From the NCBI RefSeq assembly GCF_009914755.1, contig NC_060936.1: a DNA stretch of 64,000 nucleotides; one strand, written 5' to 3'. The notes below the pieces were generated by a model. It saw only the letters and a list, made by a program, of their open reading frames with translations, did no database searches and was not told where the DNA came from. Positions 56,602 through 64,000 of this stretch are shown here, piece after piece. Made by a program: the position numbers and the translations under genes. This DNA comes from the human T2T-CHM13v2.0 reference genome, Homo sapiens. Positions within the stretch are counted from its first letter, which is position 1. Every line of letters starts with the position of its first letter.

Positions 56602-56653
56602 TAATAGGACTCAGTTATCTATGTGGCTAATAGGACTCAGTTATCTATGTGGC
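56602..56653. repeat. Perfect 26-bp tandem duplication (taataggactcagttatctatgtggc x2)
   Basis: Read directly; the two copies are identical. Confidence 0.95.
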
Positions 56654-56959
56654 TTGGATATCTTGGATATTGGATTTGGGTAGGCACAGGCATGGGGTTT
56701 GGATGTAGGCTGAAGACTCTGAGTTCCAATGTTCTGATTTCTTAAATGATGATAATAATGTCTACCTCTAATGTGTTGTGTGGATTGAATGAGATAAAAT
56801 ATAAGGCAACTCGCACAGTGTTAAAAAGGAGACAAATATTACGGTTTTCATGTGCTGTGCTCTTTCATTATTATTGATAATGATGCATTTCCTTCTCAGT
56901 TACTCAGTTTTCCAACCTATAGCCTGAGATTATTAAAAAGATTACCAGAGAGAATGCCC

Positions 56960-57200
56960 ACTGAATATTTATGATGTGCTAGGCACTATTCATTCTTTTA
57001 ACACTGTATATTGAATCATTCAATTCTCAGAAAAAATATATACAGTAGTTATTTTATTATCCCCATTGTTATATATGTGAAGATAGGCACAAAGAGTTAA
57101 ACAGCTTTCTAAAGCTCATATAGCTAGTGAATGTTGGACCTTGTGTTTGAACCAAGGCAGGCTCTTGTTACTGCATTTTAAACCACTATGCTATGATACC
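56960..57200 (-). mobile_element. MIR
   Basis: ctgaatatttatgatgtgctaggcact...attatccccattgtt...gagttaaacagctttctaaagctcatatagctagt. Confidence 0.65.
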
Positions 57201-58279
57201 TCTCTCCATAGGCAGATGTAATATATTCTTGTTAAATAGAGTTTTAACTTTTAATCAGTCTATATTATTTGGTATGTCTCTTAAGAATATTCTGGTGATT
57301 ATCTTTATTTGATTCCTTACAATAACTCTATTATTTCTGAAATACCTAGTATAGAGAAACCACAATTCTTTTTAAGTTAATATTAAAACATTCTTCTATT
57401 TTATATCATAATGTCAAATCTGCTGAAGACTGACTTTTATACACATAAATGTAAACTTAGATTTCCATTTCAGATTTATATCTCTAAGGACTTTCATATT
57501 CACTGACTTAGAGGTTTGAAAAGAACTTAAAATATTTTTATTCAATGAGATACTAAATGTGATTTCATCTTGCCAAGTGGTTATTATACCAAGACTTCTA
57601 TAGCTTCAGTCATGGAAATCTCCCTACACAAATCACATCTCAGTATTTGTAGTTGTTCTCAGTAACCTTTTCTTCACCATTGTTTCCCCTGTACTAGAAA
57701 GTTACCTGAACACACTAAGTGCTCCATAAATTTTGTGGAATTAATGAAAAAAAATAGATGACTGATTATTGAAACGCACTCATTATCCTTTAAGTTTCTT
57801 TATAATTCTGCAGAATTTTCTTAATTCAAGCTGTAAGTTTATGCAAGCTTTCTCTTTTAAAAAGGGAAACTTTAAAAAAAGTTGGCACATGTAAAATTCC
57901 AATAACGTCTGAATATTAGGGTTACTGAGAGTTCAAGAAGATATGTTATCTTCCCTGAATACAGAGACAGGCAAGTTGGAAATTGCTTATGTCTGGATAA
58001 TTTTCATTTCAGCCTGCTTGAAGTGGAAACTTGAACCTTTCTCTAAACTGAGGAGGGAAGAAATAGTTCAAACTGATGATACTAGGACAAGGTCAACTCA
58101 TATTATGAATAGTTAGACTTTTATGATCTTTGAGAAGAAAATTGTATATTGGATTTTATAGTATTCCTTTATTTCCACTTTGCTGAATTAGCCTAGCAGC
58201 ACTACCCATAAACAGAACCTAAGAGTAAAGAGTTCTAATATTAGCACCTTTTATTATTACATCACTAAAATAAAATGCA

Positions 58280-58600
<321 letters not shown>

Positions 58601-59904
58601 TTATATTTTGTAAATCTTATTCCCAAATTTATTCATTTAAGTGCAAAAAAGCATAAAGAATAATTTTGAAAGTTAAATCTGAAATAGTTAAATCCTGGTC
58701 TCTGGGTTCATGTTGAAAAACCTCATATGGAATGTTCAAAGCCAAATTAGGATTCAGAATGGTTATTCAGGGTTATGTTTTTTAACAAAGTTATTCATAA
58801 CACCTGATGGCAATGATGAATTTGTGGTTGCTAAGTTAGTGTTGGACATTGCATCTCTAGGCATCTGATTAAGTGGGAGTTGCCATTTGCTGTGCTGTGA
58901 GTTGCCAACAAAAGCTGAACCTGTCACAGGTGTTACAATTTGTATTTCAGAAACTTTGCTTCCCCCAAGTTTAATTATCCCCAGAGTAGCCAACTCCATA
59001 AAAGTACTGAAGGAGTCAGCATTTTTCTTTTCAGTACTTTGATATAATTTAGGATTTTGTCTACTATATATATGTTGCAGAGATAATGGAATTTCAAATG
59101 AACGAGGAGGGACTTTTACAATATAACACTATTTTCATATTCATATTTCTGTTTTGAAATCAGAAAAAATAATGCAAACCAGCCATAACTAAATAGCACA
59201 TTGATGAGACAAACCATGCTTCTTAGAGGAGAACAAAGTGTGAATCGGATAGAAAGTGTATAGGTTTTACCACTAATAACTAAACATTAAAAATGGCAAG
59301 TCCTAAGGCCCAAAATGTTAAATAAACTCAGGAATGACTTTTTCTTATCAAATATTAATGTGTGTTTCAAATCCATGGAAATAAGTATTTATCATTATTG
59401 TAATAGGCAGCCTTTCCTTTGCAGAGAGACCATTGAAATGGAGACAGATTGTGAAGAGAGTATTCTTTTGGCAAAGCAATCCCTCTTAACATCAGCATAT
59501 ATTAGCTCTTTCTTTTTTTCATAAAATATTTCTTTTTCAACACTTTAACGCAAAAGCCTGATGGGAAAGTTTCTCTAAATATTTCATTGAAGAGGTAGTG
59601 TTTTCAGAATTGACTGAGGTTGACTTGCTCAATTAGAGAAAGATCTTTGACTCTGAATATCTGTAAGAAGTTATTATAGTTATGAAAATGATTTTTAAGA
59701 GATTAATATTGTTCGACGACTTAATTAGGAAATATTCTATAGTTAAATCTCTTTGGAATATTTTTAAATGAGATTATTTATCTTTTTTATGTCCTTTTTT
59801 ATTAATATAATTCCAACAAATGAAAATTATTAATTGAGAAATAAATGTGTTTACTAGTTACTGTTTAACCTTTGAATTACAATTACAATTTTATATTCTT
59901 GTAG

Positions 59905-59970
59905 GATTATTTAACCATTCATAAGTATGGTAATGCAGCCAGAAATGATCTCTGGAATACATTATCGGAG
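59905..59970 (+). CDS. TRHDE: TRHDE internal coding exon (66 nt, phase 0/0): DYLTIHKYGNAARNDLWNTLSE
   Basis: Acceptor ttcttgtag|GAT and donor GAG|gtaaag. Continues the previous exon in frame; M1-family YL..H.YGN....LW pattern. Confidence 0.96.
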
Positions 59971-60592
59971 GTAAAGTATAGGAAGCTTAAATATCAAAAC
60001 CTCTACTTGAATATTTGAATTGCATTTATAAGACATTCATAGCCTTTATTGACACCTGATAGTTTGTTTTTACTTTTTACATTTTTCATTTGTTCATATT
60101 GATTTTTTGTTTTATATAATATATTGTAAAATAAAGGGGTTTAAAACTAAACTACAAATGGTAGTAAATGATACCTCACCTACTTTCAAACATGACAATA
60201 CTTCTGAAATATAAGTTTAACATGGTGTAAGATATTCATGTTAAAAAAAAATTGAAGTTTTAAATAATTTTTTCTATAGGTCAGATATTTAAATGTGACA
60301 CTAGACATGATGGGAATAATTACTGATGCTTCAGGGATTTGCTTTAATAATAACATTTATTTTATGTTATGTAAAAACTTTAATGTTAATACAACTTTCA
60401 TTTTTATATACATTTATGAAGCTTAACTTAGGGCAAGAAGATTAATTTCACTAACACATTATATTGGCTTCAATGACTTTAAATGTTTTCATATTTAGGT
60501 AAATAGTAAAAATAGAAATAAAAATGTCTTAATGTTAATAATGTTGATAATTCATGTTTATAAAACTAATTTGTACATTTTTCCTTGTGAAG

Positions 60593-60780
60593 GCTTTAAA
60601 AAGAAATGGGAAATATGTAAATATACAAGAAGTAATGGATCAGTGGACACTCCAGATGGGTTATCCTGTTATCACCATCTTGGGAAACACAACAGCAGAA
60701 AATAGAATAATAATTACCCAACAGCATTTTATCTATGATATCAGTGCTAAAACTAAAGCACTTAAACTTCAGAATAACAG
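60593..60780 (+). CDS. TRHDE: TRHDE internal coding exon (188 nt, phase 0/2): ALKRNGKYVNIQEVMDQWTLQMGYPVITILGNTTAENRIIITQQHFIYDISAKTKALKLQNN(S)
   Basis: Branch-like CTAAT at 60566-60570, acceptor ttttccttgtgaag|GCT, donor CAG|gtatga. Contains the M1 motif MDxWTLQxGYPVI; seen within ORF-track entry 60554..60871. Confidence 0.96.
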
Positions 60781-62378
60781 GTATGACATTCTTTTTTACG
60801 TGAAAAATATTGTTTTTATTCTTACATTTGTAGGTTTAATATTTCAAAGAGCATTAATAACAAAATTCTGAAATATTGTAAGTGAAATATAGTTTTTGTT
60901 TCTTTATTTACACAAGTTACTTTGATTCTCCTTTTACTCCCATTTCCTGGATATCTGAACCTTCAAGCTGAAAAAACACCAAAGTTATTTGTTTAGGAAG
61001 ACAGAATTTTAAATAATCATGGTGGTTAAAAAAATAAAATGTTATTTTTCACTTTTCCCCATGAATGTTTCTTGAATTAAATGCAAGAAGTTAAAATGTG
61101 TTGCTGTGAATTAAAAGGAATTGAGCAAACTGTGAGATTTATAAAACAAGTGAGAACAGAAACTCATAATGCAGAAAAACTAAAACAAAAATCAAATTAA
61201 ATAATGTCTGAGTCAAAGGAATTTAAAACGATACCTTAAAATGATCTAATGATTAATGCCACTTAGTATCAACATATTTTCTCTTTCTTATTTTTAGTGT
61301 TTAAAATCAATAAACAGACAGCATACACAGAATCTTTATTTGTTGTTTCTTTAACTTTCTGCTGAAACTCATTTAATTACTGATAACTCAGCAAATAGCA
61401 TTTTTCTTTCTTTTCTACTTTATGTTTTCTATTTTGTGTCTGATTAAAGTCTGAGCCAAAGAAAGATATTAAAACTTAAATCATTCCATTTCATTTCATT
61501 TAAGATGCCCTAGTAAGACTTTCGTTCCAGTGAGGGCTGGGGGCGGGGGTGGGGGATGGGAGCTACAGAAAGAGGGAGAGAAGTTAAAATTGATAAACGC
61601 AATGAGATGTTTGGATTGGGTTACTCATGCTGTCTCCCATTACCTTGGAAAATTAGGAGTCTGACTTTATCATTCACCCATGTCTAGGAGATCTGGAACA
61701 GACATTAAGTTTGCTTTGTCATCTCTAAGAAGAATGGAAATTGTTCTCCTGTAGGCTGGCTCCAAGACCAGCCAGTCACTCAATCTAAGTGACTGAGAAA
61801 TTCATGAATGTTTCTGGTGACTACATTTGGAATCCGATTTAGGAAAGCAGTGTCTTCTATCTCTCTCTCCATATACAGTCTATATTTACCTTCAACATGC
61901 TACCCTTTGAAATCCAACTGTGTAGACTCATGGATTGTGCTAGTACCCTGCCACACTCTCACCACCTTTAGGGGCTGACTCTGTCAATGCTTCTTCCCCG
62001 AGCCTGGATTTCCCACATCTGCCAAGTGCTGTTTCTAATCTTCTGATGTCTGGCCCCAGGCAAAACAAGCACAAGCGTAGGCATCAACTCTGGCCTTGCC
62101 AGGAAGTACATAAAAACTACTTGACTGTGGCCAAGTTAGAGAGATTCGGGCCAGGCCTTTGAGAATGATCAGTGTGACACAAGCATCACTGATGCAGAAA
62201 AACATAAAGGACACGCAGATGACAGAACAAATTTTGAACAAAAATATTCTGTCAACCTATAACATACATCAGATGTACCAGCCAGGAGTCTGATTCTTTA
62301 AAGGAAGAATTTCTCCAAGGCTGTATAAGCATATGTAACATCTAGACAGCTTTGTCGGTTTGTCTTCTGGAATTATAA

Positions 62379-62699
<321 letters not shown>

Positions 62700-64000
62700 T
62701 ATGTATGATTTTGAACTCTGAGAACTTGGCATATAAAATATTAAGAGTAAGATAATGCAGGACATCCTATTAGTCTCAAAAATGACTGACTTTCTATTCA
62801 TTTTGCAATTATAGAGCTTGTAGCTGAAAATTTATTATTACAATTTCATATTATTGATCATTTAATTCACTATAACATCCTGGTCAAAGCTTCAATACGA
62901 TTCTCTCTGGCCTATGTATATAGCCTTCCTAGATCTTTATTTTACAATGCAAACAGTTGATGGAGTAAAACCAACTACCGATCTATTCCAGAAATCCTGT
63001 GAAATCTGTATATTTTCTGAGCCAGGAAAATCAATTATTTGTCTTTTCATTTTTCTAAGAAATACTAGAACATCACTGCAATATGCCTAGAACATTTTAA
63101 GAGAATCCAGTAATTATATTTTTATATGTAATAGTTGTATTACAACATAGAAAGGAAAGATCTTTACATAACTGAATAGTCACATAAAGTTAGCTGATGT
63201 GTAACGGAGTATAAAATATATTCTAGAATTTTGGTACTTGGGAAGTTGTGAATTTGCGTAGCCTTTTTCATTATACAGTTAATGCATTGCAATGTAAAGT
63301 AATGATTCCCTATACACTGAGGAGCTTCTCAGCGTTCTTTGCTGCAGAGAATTTTACTAACCTCCACAGTCATACTTTCCTTCTCTTAATGCCCTGATGA
63401 CAGTGACATCTGAACAGTTTTTCACAAAGTCTGGACAAATGCTTCATTAATATTGATGCTATTTTATAAAAAGATGTCTCATTCAGGTTTATATGCACCC
63501 ATTCTTTACTACCTTAATATAATCATTAGAATAAAAGTTGCTTTATTATAACAATGAAAACGACTGATAAGAGAGGCAGTCCCAGGAACTGTTAAAGAAA
63601 AAAATATCTTGATGGGTCTTTTTTTAATGCTTAAAATAACGTGATGAAAATTCAAGTTAAACCGAAACAGCTGGAACACAATCTAATTTCCTAAGTTATT
63701 TTTTCTAATATCTTTTTAAACATAATCCATTGCAGTCTTGGATTTCTTTACAACATAGAGGGCTTTTCACTAAACTATGTTTAGGGTCTTCTAGTCTTTT
63801 AAGTTATAATCACAAAGCAGCATAATTATCAGGCTTTCCTTGATTTTAAAATGAAATTTATGAAAAGTCCACATATATGATATTTTGAAAGTTATGAAAT
63901 GTATTAACAGTACGGTATTTCAAAAATAAATACAAATTTCAAATATGCTTGGTAACTTGGAACTTTTAATTTGTCTTTGTTACTATATGTAGATTTTCGT

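Noticed and set aside
60554-60871. Standalone 105-aa gene
   Set aside because: It is the TRHDE exon plus in-frame intronic flanks; splice sites at 60593 and 60780 define the real coding part.

Overview
Primate (very likely human) genomic DNA: AT-rich, repeat-dense intronic sequence from the middle of TRHDE (thyrotropin-releasing hormone-degrading ectoenzyme / pyroglutamyl peptidase II, M1 zinc aminopeptidase), transcribed on the + strand. Three coding exons are visible (40026-40091, 59905-59970, 60593-60780) and splice in frame. The rest is intron. It holds a near full-length, dead L1PA3 (- strand, 13-bp TSD), an LTR-int-LTR MST-type MaLR and a solo THE1-type LTR (both + strand, 5-bp TSDs), seven Alus, and older L2/MIR/L1M/CR1/LTR fossils. 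There are also microsatellites and a few local duplications. I see no prokaryote-type system, RNA gene or CRISPR array, and no proven new system. The strongest hypothesis concerns the long phase-0 intron upstream of 40026, which carries several sense-oriented retroelement promoters. The best is the solo THE1 LTR: a perfect DUX4 motif, then CCACC-ATG-ATG directly followed by a strong GTAAGT donor, in frame with the next TRHDE exon. The second is the L1 antisense promoter/ORF0 with a mutation-created in-frame donor. Either could give an anchor-less, catalytically dead C-terminal TRH-DE fragment. All expression and splicing claims are sequence-based predictions and untested. Repeat subfamily calls are by eye against remembered consensus sequences.
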